Origin: an uncultured delta proteobacterium
GTDB lineage: Bacteria > Desulfobacterota > Binatia > Binatales > Binataceae
Direction of reading: 5' to 3'
Assembly: GCA_963755705.1 (NCBI GenBank)
Contig: CAVWKW010000003.1
Location: 769,930 to 833,929, forward strand
DNA length: 64,000 bases
In this document: positions 28,153-36,607 of the stretch, piece after piece
Numbering within the stretch: the stretch's first letter is position 1
How the letters are laid out: every line of letters begins with the position of its first letter
Program-made: the position numbers and the translations under genes
Notes under the pieces: generated by a model
What the model saw: only the letters and a program-made list of their open reading frames with translations
Told to the model about the DNA's origin: nothing
The model's database searches: none

Positions 28153-28253
28153 CCGCGCGAGTCTTCAATTGCGTCTGTTGCTGAGCTGAACAATGACGGC
28201 ACACGCTTTAGCCTGCAGTTTGCACCGAAGGCCAGTGCCACAAAGAAAAAACC

Positions 28254-28916
28254 ATGATCGTTGATCTTCACGTACATACGAAACTGTCCTCCGACTCGCG
28301 GGTTGGCGCGGAGCAATATCTCGAGTTCGCCAGCTCGAGCGCTGCAGGACTCGGCGCGATCTGCTTTACCGAGCATCGGCTGTTCCCTACCGACCGGGAG
28401 ATCGATCGCGAATACGCCGAACTCTCGGAACGATTTGGGATCGCGGTGTTCAAGGGAATCGAGGCTGATACCGACCTCGGCCATCTGTTGCTCTACGGGG
28501 TCAACCAGGAGGTGATGCGCCGGTTCGACCTGACCTCGCGCATGCTTCGCAGCGAGCATCTGATCGACGTGATTCATCACGAAGGCGGCGTCGCGATTCC
28601 CGCGCATCCCTTTCGCGAGTCGGGATTTGGAGCACGGCTGGACGCGCTGGTCGCCCGCCACGGCTCCGCGATAGGCGCAGTCGAGGTCCTGAACGGACAG
28701 AACTCAAGCCTCGAGAATGAGCGCGCTCGCGATACTGCGCTCAAGCTCGGACTGACGGCGGTCGGCGGCAGCGACGCGCACTTTTCGACTGCGAAATGGT
28801 TTCTCACCTGCGCGACCGAACTGGAACGCGAGGTCAAAAGCGTAGCCGAACTGTGCGCGGAGATTCGCGCCGGACGCGCGCGGCCCTATGTCTTTGCAGC
28901 CGCGGACGCGGGCTGA
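28254..28916 (+). CDS. PHP-domain metal-dependent phosphoesterase
   Basis: MIVDLHVHTKLSSDS carries the PHP HxH motif, and a further His cluster follows (FTEHR, AHPFRE, GGSDAH). Confidence 0.65.
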   Translation: MIVDLHVHTKLSSDSRVGAEQYLEFASSSAAGLGAICFTEHRLFPTDREIDREYAELSERFGIAVFKGIEADTDLGHLLLYGVNQEVMRRFDLTSRMLRSEHLIDVIHHEGGVAIPAHPFRESGFGARLDALVARHGSAIGAVEVLNGQNSSLENERARDTALKLGLTAVGGSDAHFSTAKWFLTCATELEREVKSVAELCAEIRAGRARPYVFAAADAG

Positions 28917-30940
28917 GCGGCCGCTGAGGCGCGCAGCTCCAGCTCGCGCTCAAAGCGCCGGATATCGGCGGGACGGCCTGCGGCGACGATCAGATCGCCG
29001 GTCTTGAGGCGCCGATCCGGCGCAACCGGCACGAACCCCGCGTCGGGATCATCACTGCTCTGAAGCGCCAGCAGCGTAACGCCGAAGCGCGCGCGCGTAT
29101 CGAGCGCTCGGACAGTGGTGCCGGCGGCGGCAGCGGGAACCTCGAGCCGCGTCACGCGATAGCCCGTGGCCCAGTAGATATTCTGATCTCGAGTCGCCAG
29201 CGCGGAGAGCGAAACCGAAACCCGGTTGAGCGCCTGCGCGATATGCTGTCGTGTCACCAGCCCGAGGAAGCGTCCGCCGTTGACCCTCTCGACCACCGGA
29301 ATTTCGTCGAGTCGCTCCTGCTCCATCAACTGGCTCGCGAAATCCAGATTCTGGTCCGCGGTGAGCTGCGGACAGTTTACCTGCGCGATGTCGAACGCAT
29401 TAACCAGCGGACCGAGCTCTGCGCCGCCACCCAGAAGCGCAAGCAGATCGCGTGTGACAATCAACCCGACAAATTCACCGTCAGAGCCGACGACTGGAAG
29501 CGTGGACTGCGAGGTCTGTCCGGCAATGTGCAACACATCGTTGAGCCGGGTGTTCGCGCTGACCACGGTTACATCCTTGGTCATCACGGCGCTAACCGGA
29601 ATATGCGTCAGCGCGAGGCGCTCTTGCGAGATCTGCAGCGTCTTGCCCTCGCGCGCCAGACGATAGGTATCGATCGATTCGGACTCGATCGCGCGCGAGA
29701 CCACCAGCGCGGTCACCGCGGCGATCATCGCGGGCAGCGCGATCGTAAAATCTCCGGTCATCTCGAAGAGCAGGAACAGCGCCGTCAGCGGAGCGTGAGT
29801 GGTGCCGGCCAGGAAGGCGCCCAAGCCCACCAACGCGTACGAGCCGCGCGGCCCGGTCAGATGCGGAATGAACATCGCCGAGACTCTCTGGAACGCTCCG
29901 CCGGCCATCGTGCCGATAAAAAAAATCGGCCCGAAAACTCCGCCGGGCGCGCCCGAGCCGAGCGACAAGCATGACGCCACGTATTTTGCCGCGCACAGCG
30001 CCAGCAGGATCGCAAGGCCGTACTCGCCGGCCATCGCGCGGTTGATGATCGGATATCCGTCGGAGAGGTTGGCGGGAAGAAAAATCGCGATCGCGCCGAC
30101 AATCGACAGTCCGATACCGAGCTTCTGCCACGCCGGTATACTCATGCGCCGGAAGTATGCGCTGGTCGCGTTGAACACCCGGATATAGCTGGCGCCAAGA
30201 CCGCCCAGGACCACGCCCATCAGCGCGTATGTCAGCATCTCCCAGTAACTTTTCAGATCAAACTGTGGCACCTGAAAAACTGGCGCGTTGCCCAGAATCG
30301 CGCGCGAGGTCACCACCGCGCTGAAGGTTGAGATGATCAGTAGCGCCAGATTCGCGGTCTCGGTCTGTCCCAGGAGGACAATTTCGAGCGCGAACATCAG
30401 CCCGCCGATAGGCGCGTTGAAGGTGGTCGCGATTCCGGCGCCGGCGCCGGCTGCGACCAGCACCTTGGCGCGGTCCGAGCTGAGCTGGCGCAACTGCGCG
30501 ACAGCCGAACCGATCGCGCCGCCGATTTGCGCAATTGGACCTTCGCGTCCAACCGAGGCGCCCGAGCCGAGCGAGAGCGCCGCGCCCAGCGCCTTGAGCA
30601 CAATCCATCGCCGTTTGATTTGAGCGTTGCCGAGATTGACCTGCTCGAGAAAATTCGGAAATCCGTAGCCCAGGATGTCGCCGGGAAAAAGCCGATCGAG
30701 CGCGAGGATCGCCACGCCGCCGGAGAGCAGGACGATCGGTGTAAGCGCGCGGAAGATCCCGCCGCGGTTGATACCCAGTGCGTTCCATTCGAGACCCCGA
30801 AACAGCCACGAGAAGAATTCGATCAGCTCCCGGAACCCGAGATTTCCGAGCGCACCGAATACTCCGACCACCACCGCCAGCAGGATCAGTTGGACGTATT
30901 CGAACTGATCGCTGCGCAGTCCGAGATCCGGTGACTTCAC
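28886..30940 (-). CDS. ClC-family chloride channel / H+-Cl- antiporter with C-terminal CBS pair and TrkA-C-like domain
   Basis: The selectivity-filter motif GSGASVGREGP is present along with multiple TM segments. The C-terminal CBS-like region is followed by a TrkA-C/RCK_C-like tail. Confidence 0.8.
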   Translation of the reverse strand: MKSPDLGLRSDQFEYVQLILLAVVVGVFGALGNLGFRELIEFFSWLFRGLEWNALGINRGGIFRALTPIVLLSGGVAILALDRLFPGDILGYGFPNFLEQVNLGNAQIKRRWIVLKALGAALSLGSGASVGREGPIAQIGGAIGSAVAQLRQLSSDRAKVLVAAGAGAGIATTFNAPIGGLMFALEIVLLGQTETANLALLIISTFSAVVTSRAILGNAPVFQVPQFDLKSYWEMLTYALMGVVLGGLGASYIRVFNATSAYFRRMSIPAWQKLGIGLSIVGAIAIFLPANLSDGYPIINRAMAGEYGLAILLALCAAKYVASCLSLGSGAPGGVFGPIFFIGTMAGGAFQRVSAMFIPHLTGPRGSYALVGLGAFLAGTTHAPLTALFLLFEMTGDFTIALPAMIAAVTALVVSRAIESESIDTYRLAREGKTLQISQERLALTHIPVSAVMTKDVTVVSANTRLNDVLHIAGQTSQSTLPVVGSDGEFVGLIVTRDLLALLGGGAELGPLVNAFDIAQVNCPQLTADQNLDFASQLMEQERLDEIPVVERVNGGRFLGLVTRQHIAQALNRVSVSLSALATRDQNIYWATGYRVTRLEVPAAAAGTTVRALDTRARFGVTLLALQSSDDPDAGFVPVAPDRRLKTGDLIVAAGRPADIRRFERELELRASAAAQPASAAAKT

Positions 30941-30997
30941 GTTCTTCCACTCATCAGACTTGCAGGTCCACTGACAACCGCCGCGGCCACGTCCAGA

Positions 30998-31870
30998 TCA
31001 TATCTCAAGAAAGCGATGCACGTGCGTCAGGAATTCGCCGAGCTGATCGTGATGCACCCAATGTCCCGCTTTTTCGATCGTGACGGTCTGCGCGCTTTTG
31101 AACGCAGCGAAGCGGCCATCCTTGACCCAGTCCCCCGCCCACGACTCGGAGCCGCGGATCAAAAAGGTCGGGCAGGTGATGCGCTCCCAGATTTGCCGCG
31201 CGTCGCGGGTGTTGAACATGTACGGCGAAGTCGCATGAACGTAGTTGTCAAATTTCCATGAGTAAGTGCCGTTCTCGTTGCGGCGCACTCCCCAGATCGT
31301 TAGATGGCGCGCTTGCTCCTCGCTCAGATGAGGATTGGCCGCGCGCATCCGGCGCAGCGCCTCCGCTATATTCGGGTACTCGCGCACCTGGCGATTGGAC
31401 AGATCGCGCATCTGCGCGATCCAGTTCTTCATCCGCTCATAGGCCGGAGTCTCTTTGATCATACCCGGCGGCGGACCCATCCCTTCGATCGAAACCACCT
31501 GCTTGACCTCGCGATGAAACACGCCCGCGTATTGCAGCACGATATTGCCGCCGAGCGAGTGGCCGATAAGCGTGGACGGCTCGGTCGAGACTGCTTGCAT
31601 GAGCTGCGCGAGATCGAGCACGTAATCGATCATCGAATAGCTCCCGCCGATCGCCCAATCCGAATCGCCGTGACCGCGCAGGTCGGGGGCGATGACGTGG
31701 TAACGGCTGCGCAGATCGAGCGCGACCCAATCCCAATTGCGGCAATGGTCGCGTCCGCCGTGGACCAGGACCATCAGTGGTTTGTCGGCATTACCCCAAT
31801 CGACGTAGTGCAACTTCAGGCGCTGCGAGTAGAAGTAATGAGAGGTCGGCCCGATGATGCTATCGGCCAT
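30998..31870 (-). CDS. Alpha/beta-fold hydrolase
   Basis: LMVLVHGGRDHCRNW...GHSLGG, with the nucleophile elbow GHSLG. An epoxide-hydrolase/haloalkane-dehalogenase-like architecture. Confidence 0.75.
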   Translation of the reverse strand: MADSIIGPTSHYFYSQRLKLHYVDWGNADKPLMVLVHGGRDHCRNWDWVALDLRSRYHVIAPDLRGHGDSDWAIGGSYSMIDYVLDLAQLMQAVSTEPSTLIGHSLGGNIVLQYAGVFHREVKQVVSIEGMGPPPGMIKETPAYERMKNWIAQMRDLSNRQVREYPNIAEALRRMRAANPHLSEEQARHLTIWGVRRNENGTYSWKFDNYVHATSPYMFNTRDARQIWERITCPTFLIRGSESWAGDWVKDGRFAAFKSAQTVTIEKAGHWVHHDQLGEFLTHVHRFLEI

Positions 31871-31909
31871 TACGTGATTTCTCCATCGATGGAATATGCA
31901 TCGCCGCGA

Positions 31910-33232
31910 TCACAGTTGCGGCCTCAATTCTTCGAGCGCGTCATGCGCGGTGCGCACCAGGAATTCTATCTCGTCCTCGCTGATGACAAACGGCGGCGTC
32001 AGCATCATCGCGTCTCCGCCCGCCTTCCCCGCCATCCCGGAAGCCGGATAGAAAAACAGTCCGCGCCGAACCGCCGCGCCGAGCAGCCGATTGGTAACCT
32101 TCTTCTCCGGCGCGAATGGCGTACGCGTGGCCTTGTCGTGCACCAGCTCGACGCCCCAGAACAGCCCGCTGCCGCGAATATCACCGACCATCGGATGTCC
32201 CGACAGTTGCTCTTGAAGCTGCGCGCCCAGGCGCGCGCCCATTTCCGCCGAACGCTCGACCAAGCGCTCGCGCTCCATGATCGCCAGCACGCCGTCGGCG
32301 ATCGCGCACGCGACCGGATGCGAGCTGTAGGTGTAGAACATAAAGTCGGCCTTGGCACGCTCGATTTCTTCGACCAACTCGCCGCGCACCGCGATCATCC
32401 CCATCGGCATGTAGCCGCCGGTGAGTCCTTTGCCGCCCACCAGGATATCGGGCGTGACACCCCAATGCTCGACCGCAAAGCGCCGTCCAGTGCGTCCGAA
32501 GCCGGTCATCACTTCGTCGGCGATCAGCAGGACGTCGTACTTGTCGCAGATCTCGCGCAGCTTGGGCCAGTACTCTTTGACCGGGGGAACCACGCCGCCC
32601 GACGAGCCCATCATCGGCTCGGCGATAAACGCGGCGATCGAATCTGCCCCGTGTTCGAGAATTGTTTTCTCGAGTGCGCTGGCGCATTCGAGATCGCACG
32701 CAGGATAAGTCTTGCCCCAGGGGCATCGGTAGCAATACGAAGGCGGAATTTTCGGCCAGTCGATTAGTACATGTTCGTAGTCGGCGCGGCGTCCGCTGCC
32801 GCCGACCGAGAGCGCGGCCAGAGTGTTGCCGTGATAGGAAAACTGGCGGCCGATGATTTTTTTCTTCGACGCTTTGCCGCGGACCTTGTTCAGCAGGATC
32901 GCAAACTTGAGCGCCGCCTCGACCGCCTCGGAACCGCCACTGGTGAAGTAGTAGCGGTCCATCCCGGGCGGAGTCCATCGCGTGAGCCGGGCGACCAGCG
33001 CCTCGCGCTCGGGCGAAGTCCAGACCGGCACGATGTAATCAAGCTTGGCGATGGTGCGGCGCGCGATCTCGGCAATCTCCTCGCGTCCCTGGCCGATATT
33101 GACGACCACGGCGCCGGCGCCACCGTCGAGGATCTTGCGGCCGTCGCTGGTGAAGAGCCACGAACCCTCGGCATGGTCGATCGCGATCGGTTCATGCGGT
33201 CCGCGAATGAACATCACTTGATTATGCGCCAT
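31910..33232 (-). CDS. Class-III (omega) pyridoxal-phosphate-dependent aminotransferase
   Basis: Motifs IADEVMTGFGRTG and FSYHGNTLAAL. The start is taken at MAHNQV. The maximal ORF extends 33 codons further into a repeat element. Confidence 0.8.
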   Translation of the reverse strand: MAHNQVMFIRGPHEPIAIDHAEGSWLFTSDGRKILDGGAGAVVVNIGQGREEIAEIARRTIAKLDYIVPVWTSPEREALVARLTRWTPPGMDRYYFTSGGSEAVEAALKFAILLNKVRGKASKKKIIGRQFSYHGNTLAALSVGGSGRRADYEHVLIDWPKIPPSYCYRCPWGKTYPACDLECASALEKTILEHGADSIAAFIAEPMMGSSGGVVPPVKEYWPKLREICDKYDVLLIADEVMTGFGRTGRRFAVEHWGVTPDILVGGKGLTGGYMPMGMIAVRGELVEEIERAKADFMFYTYSSHPVACAIADGVLAIMERERLVERSAEMGARLGAQLQEQLSGHPMVGDIRGSGLFWGVELVHDKATRTPFAPEKKVTNRLLGAAVRRGLFFYPASGMAGKAGGDAMMLTPPFVISEDEIEFLVRTAHDALEELRPQL

Positions 33233-33291
33233 GCGGCAATGATAAGCGGGCGCGGCGGCGTCGGCAATCGAGGGAAGGATCGAGAAAAAAA

Positions 33292-33344
33292 CAGCAAGGC
33301 ACCAGGCGGCCACTAATCCACCAAGGCACAAGAAGAATTATCTG
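33292..33344. repeat. Half-unit of a palindromic repeat family (copy A), CAAGGCACCAGGCGGCCACTAA...CACAAGAAGAA
   Basis: Shares the core CA(A/C)(G/C)GCA(CC/TT)AGGCGGCCACT(A/G)A with the elements at 35202-35228 and 36491-36516. Confidence 0.4.
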
Positions 33345-33485
33345 AACCAGAAGCGCTGGATCCTCCACCGGAACAGGTGCTCTAAAATGATTTCTTCTCT
33401 GTATCCTGATGTATTGCGAGAAATAAAGATGAACTGATTCAGGTTTCTTGACTGGAGCGCATCGCGGTGAGTTAATAAAACCTGA

Positions 33486-34145
33486 ATGGCTTCATCTTTG
33501 AAAAATCGGCCGCCCGGTTTGCGCGAGCGGCAGAAACTCGAACGCGAACGGCGGATCGTCCGCGCGGCCAGTCGCTTATTCGTTCGCCCCGGATACTCCT
33601 CTACCGCGATGGAAGTCGTGGCCTCCAAAGCCGGCTTGGCGGTCGGCACGATTTACAATTACTTTCCGTCGAAACCCGACCTGCTGCTCGCAATTGTCCG
33701 GCGCGAGACCGAAGTGATGGTCGCGCGCGCTCGTAAAATCCTCGCCGCAACGCCAGCCAAGCCGATCGCTGCGATCCTCGCGATGATCGACTTGTGGTTC
33801 GACGGCTTTATGAGCGACGACCGCGTTCTGTGGCGCGAGTTGCTCGCCGCCGCGATCGCTGAGCCGGCGCGAATCGGGCAGCGCTTGTTCGAGCTGGATG
33901 TGCGGCTGGTCGCGGTGTTGGCGGAGTTGATCGAGAAGCTCAAAGCGCGCGGCGCGATCGGCTCTGAACTCGATCCGATGCGCGCGGCGACGGTGGTGTA
34001 CGCGATCGCGCTCACCTGGATCAACGCATGGATGCTCAACGAAGCGGTGACGGCGGCGATGGCGCGCGAAGAAATTCATCGCGGTATCGAGATTGCCTGT
34101 AACGGCATTATCGAAACGTCCGGCAGCGCTACCCCAAAAAGGTAA
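33486..34145 (+). CDS. TetR/AcrR family transcriptional regulator
   Basis: HTH SSTAMEVVASKAGLAVGTIYNYFPSKPDLL. Divergent from the aminotransferase and directly upstream of the Rieske oxygenase gene. Confidence 0.75.
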   Translation: MASSLKNRPPGLRERQKLERERRIVRAASRLFVRPGYSSTAMEVVASKAGLAVGTIYNYFPSKPDLLLAIVRRETEVMVARARKILAATPAKPIAAILAMIDLWFDGFMSDDRVLWRELLAAAIAEPARIGQRLFELDVRLVAVLAELIEKLKARGAIGSELDPMRAATVVYAIALTWINAWMLNEAVTAAMAREEIHRGIEIACNGIIETSGSATPKR

Positions 34146-34149
34146 GTCG

Positions 34150-35118
34150 ATGATTCCGAGTCAGTGGTATCCGATTTACGAAAGCTCGCGGCTCGGCGCG
34201 CGGCACCCCATCGGGCTCAAGCGACTTGGCCAGGACCTGGTGCTGTGGCGCGGCCGCGACACAGGCCCGGTTGCGATGCCTGACCGCTGCCCGCATCGCT
34301 CGGCCAGCCTTTCGCGCGGCAGCGTCCGCGACGGATGTATCCAGTGCCCGTATCACGGATTTCGATGGAACGCGCGCGGAGAGTGCGTGCTGATTCCCGT
34401 CAACGGCGCGGATGCTCCAATTCCGGCTGGGTTTGAGGCACATCCGGTACCTCTGCGCGAAGCGCACGGGCTCATATGGATATGGCACGGCAACCCCATA
34501 GAAGTCTCCGCAGAAATTCCGTGGCTCGAAGCGGCGGCGTGGGAGAACGGCTCGAAGTTCACGACCTCGTTCGAGATCGACGTGTCCTATCTGCGGGTGA
34601 TGGAGAACATGGGCGACTTCTTCCATTTCCCGTTCGTGCATCGCCGATGGGTTCCCGGTGCGGGGACGAGGATTTCCAACTTCGACGCACATATCGAAAA
34701 TGAGATCGTGAAACTCTCCGGCACTCTCAGTCCCGAGGTTGGCAAACACTGGTACAACTACGAATACACTCTGCGTGCGGAATTGCGGCTGCCCTGCATC
34801 GCCCGCGTCGAGGAGGCGGAGAAGTTTCATCTGCTCCTCGTGGCTACGCCGATCGATCGAGACCGGACCTGGATCTGGCTGCGCTACTCCGAAGGCTACG
34901 TGCCGCGATGGCTCGGCGGCTCGATGCTGGCGCGGATACTCGCATGGCTCGATGTGAATCCTGTTTTCCGATGGGGTGACGTGCCGACGCTCAGGAGCCA
35001 GCGGCTCGACGATCCGGGCGACATCAGCCACTACCATCTGGTGCACGCGGATCATGGGAGCGCGCTATGGTTCGGCCTGCGCAAGCGGGCGATAGAAGAG
35101 AATCAACACCAAGACTGA
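34150..35118 (+). CDS. Rieske [2Fe-2S] domain non-heme iron oxygenase (alpha-subunit-like, single component)
   Basis: The Rieske motif CPHRSASLSRG...CPYHGF is present, followed by a mononuclear-iron catalytic domain with HFPFVH. Starts at MIPSQWYP, 4 nt after the TetR stop. Confidence 0.7.
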   Translation: MIPSQWYPIYESSRLGARHPIGLKRLGQDLVLWRGRDTGPVAMPDRCPHRSASLSRGSVRDGCIQCPYHGFRWNARGECVLIPVNGADAPIPAGFEAHPVPLREAHGLIWIWHGNPIEVSAEIPWLEAAAWENGSKFTTSFEIDVSYLRVMENMGDFFHFPFVHRRWVPGAGTRISNFDAHIENEIVKLSGTLSPEVGKHWYNYEYTLRAELRLPCIARVEEAEKFHLLLVATPIDRDRTWIWLRYSEGYVPRWLGGSMLARILAWLDVNPVFRWGDVPTLRSQRLDDPGDISHYHLVHADHGSALWFGLRKRAIEENQHQD

Positions 35119-35228
35119 GCCACGAAAACACCAAGAAGAAAAATAAGCATCGGCTCCCCTGAGGGGACGACGCTTTCTTCTTCTTGGTGTCTTCGTGGCT
35201 CAGTGGCCGCCTAATGCCTTGGTGTTTC
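35105..35228. repeat. Palindromic MITE/REP-like element (copy B): a long hairpin with 25-28-bp arms plus a flanking GGCGGCCAC core
   Basis: The left arm GAGCCACGAAAACACCAAGAAGAAA (35117-35141) pairs with the right arm TTTCTTCTTCTTGGTGTCTTCGTGGCTC (35174-35201). The loop contains a CCCC-TGA-GGGG mini-hairpin. AGTGGCCGCCTAATGCCTTGGTG follows. The element sits between convergent 3' ends. Confidence 0.55.
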
Positions 35229-36436
35229 TATTTGACCGCGCCTTCTTCGCGCCACTTCGCGACTTGCTCGAGAGTGTAGCCGAGGCCGCTCAGCACTTCG
35301 TCGGTATGCTGCCCGAGGGCGGGGGCAAGGGAGCGGATCGAGCCGGGAGTTTCGGACAGCTTGACCGAGATTCCGACCTGCTTGACCTTCTGCCCGTCGG
35401 GCGCGTCGAGCTCCACGATCATCTTGCGCGCGCGGACCTGGGGATCGTGCTCGACCTCGTCGAGGGTGTTCATTTTGCCGACGCAGATATCAGTCTTGCT
35501 CAAGAGCTCGAACCACTCGTCGCGGGTTTTGGTTTTAAACGAATCACTGAAAAAAGTTGCGATTTCGGCGCGTTTATCGGGGTTGAATTCGTGCTCGATC
35601 AGATCTTCGCGGCCGAGCACGCGGCACAGGTTGGCGAAGAACCACGGCTCGAGCGATCCGATCGTGATGATCTTGCCGTCATTGGTTTCGTACACGTTGT
35701 AGTTGGGGATCGCGCCGTCGAGCATCGTCTCGCCGCGTTTCGGGATCGCGCCGGTCGCGAAGAAGGTCGAAAACGATTGCGCCATCAACGCGAGCGCGCC
35801 ATCCATCATCGAGATATCCACGCACTGGCCGCGCCCGGTCTGAGTGCGCGCGACGAGAGCTGCCAGAATTCCGATCGCGCCGTGCATCCCGCCGCCGGCG
35901 TAGTCGGCAATGATGTTGTGCGGGATGGTCGGAAGCTGGCCCTTGCGGCCCAAAATCGAGAGCACGCCGGCGGTCGCGATATAGTTGAGATCGTGGCCGA
36001 CCAGATCGCGATACGGACCGTCTTGTCCGTAGCCGGTGATCGAGCAATAGATCAGGCGCGGATTGCGCACCGAGAGCTTGTCGTAGCTGATCCCGAGGCG
36101 CGCGGCGACGCCAGGACGATATTCCTCGACGACGATATCGGCGCGCTGGGCCAGGCGCAGGAAGACCTCTTTGCCGGGGCCGCTCTTGAGATTGAGCGCG
36201 ATCGATTTTTTGTTGCGATTGAGCGCGTTAAACGGCGAACCGCCAAACGCCGCGGCCAGTCCCTGCGAGCCGGCCTTGCCGGCCTGCTGCGCGCGGCGTC
36301 CCGTAGGAGCGCCGGGCTCTTCGATTTTGATTATGTCGGCGCCAAGGTCGCCCAGGAGCATCGTGCAGAACGGGCCGGGCGCGAGCTTGGTGAGATCGAG
36401 AACTTTAATTCCGGTGAGCGGAGGAGATACAGCCAT
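35228..36436 (-). CDS. CoA-transferase family III protein (CaiB/BaiF-like)
   Basis: MAVSPPLTGIKVLDLTKLAPGPFCTMLLGDLGADIIKIEEPG is the canonical family-III N-terminus. Confidence 0.8.
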   Translation of the reverse strand: MAVSPPLTGIKVLDLTKLAPGPFCTMLLGDLGADIIKIEEPGAPTGRRAQQAGKAGSQGLAAAFGGSPFNALNRNKKSIALNLKSGPGKEVFLRLAQRADIVVEEYRPGVAARLGISYDKLSVRNPRLIYCSITGYGQDGPYRDLVGHDLNYIATAGVLSILGRKGQLPTIPHNIIADYAGGGMHGAIGILAALVARTQTGRGQCVDISMMDGALALMAQSFSTFFATGAIPKRGETMLDGAIPNYNVYETNDGKIITIGSLEPWFFANLCRVLGREDLIEHEFNPDKRAEIATFFSDSFKTKTRDEWFELLSKTDICVGKMNTLDEVEHDPQVRARKMIVELDAPDGQKVKQVGISVKLSETPGSIRSLAPALGQHTDEVLSGLGYTLEQVAKWREEGAVK

Positions 36437-36490
36437 AATGCACAAGGTTTAGTGCGTTCCGGTGATCGGCGCAAACCAAGATAAAGAAAC

Positions 36491-36596
36491 CACCAACGCA
36501 CCAGGCGGCCACTAAGACACGAAGACACTAAAGAGGCCTTTCCCTCAGGAAAGTCCTTTGGAGCTCTTTTCTTAGTGTCTTTGTGTCTTCGTGGCC
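36491..36596. repeat. Palindromic MITE/REP-like element (copy C)
   Basis: CACCAACGCACCAGGCGGCCACTAAGACACGAAGACACTAAAGAG forms the left arm. The loop contains CCCTCAGG. The right arm is CTCTTTTCTTAGTGTCTTTGTGTCTTCGTGGCC. 8-mer sub-repeats (G/T/A)AAGACAC recur. Confidence 0.55.
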
Positions 36597-36607
36597 GGTC
36601 GATCTTT

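Noticed and set aside
35202-35228. Possible integron attC site (GCCTAAT core within copy B)
   Set aside because: There is no matching inverse core GTTAGGC at the other end. No intI gene or attI is nearby. The CaiB gene is not cassette-like (it has its own promoter region and orientation). A MITE/REP-like explanation fits better.
35195-36484. 429-aa plus ORF antisense to the CaiB-family gene. Also similar antisense ORFs at 23678-24754, 31304-32767, 36575-37561, 37777-38649, 41604-43070, 45954-47087, 51367-52557, 53656-54474, 59234-60286 and 61103-61765
   Set aside because: Each lies opposite a gene with strong family motifs. All show the Arg/Asp/His-rich composition of GC-rich antisense frames.
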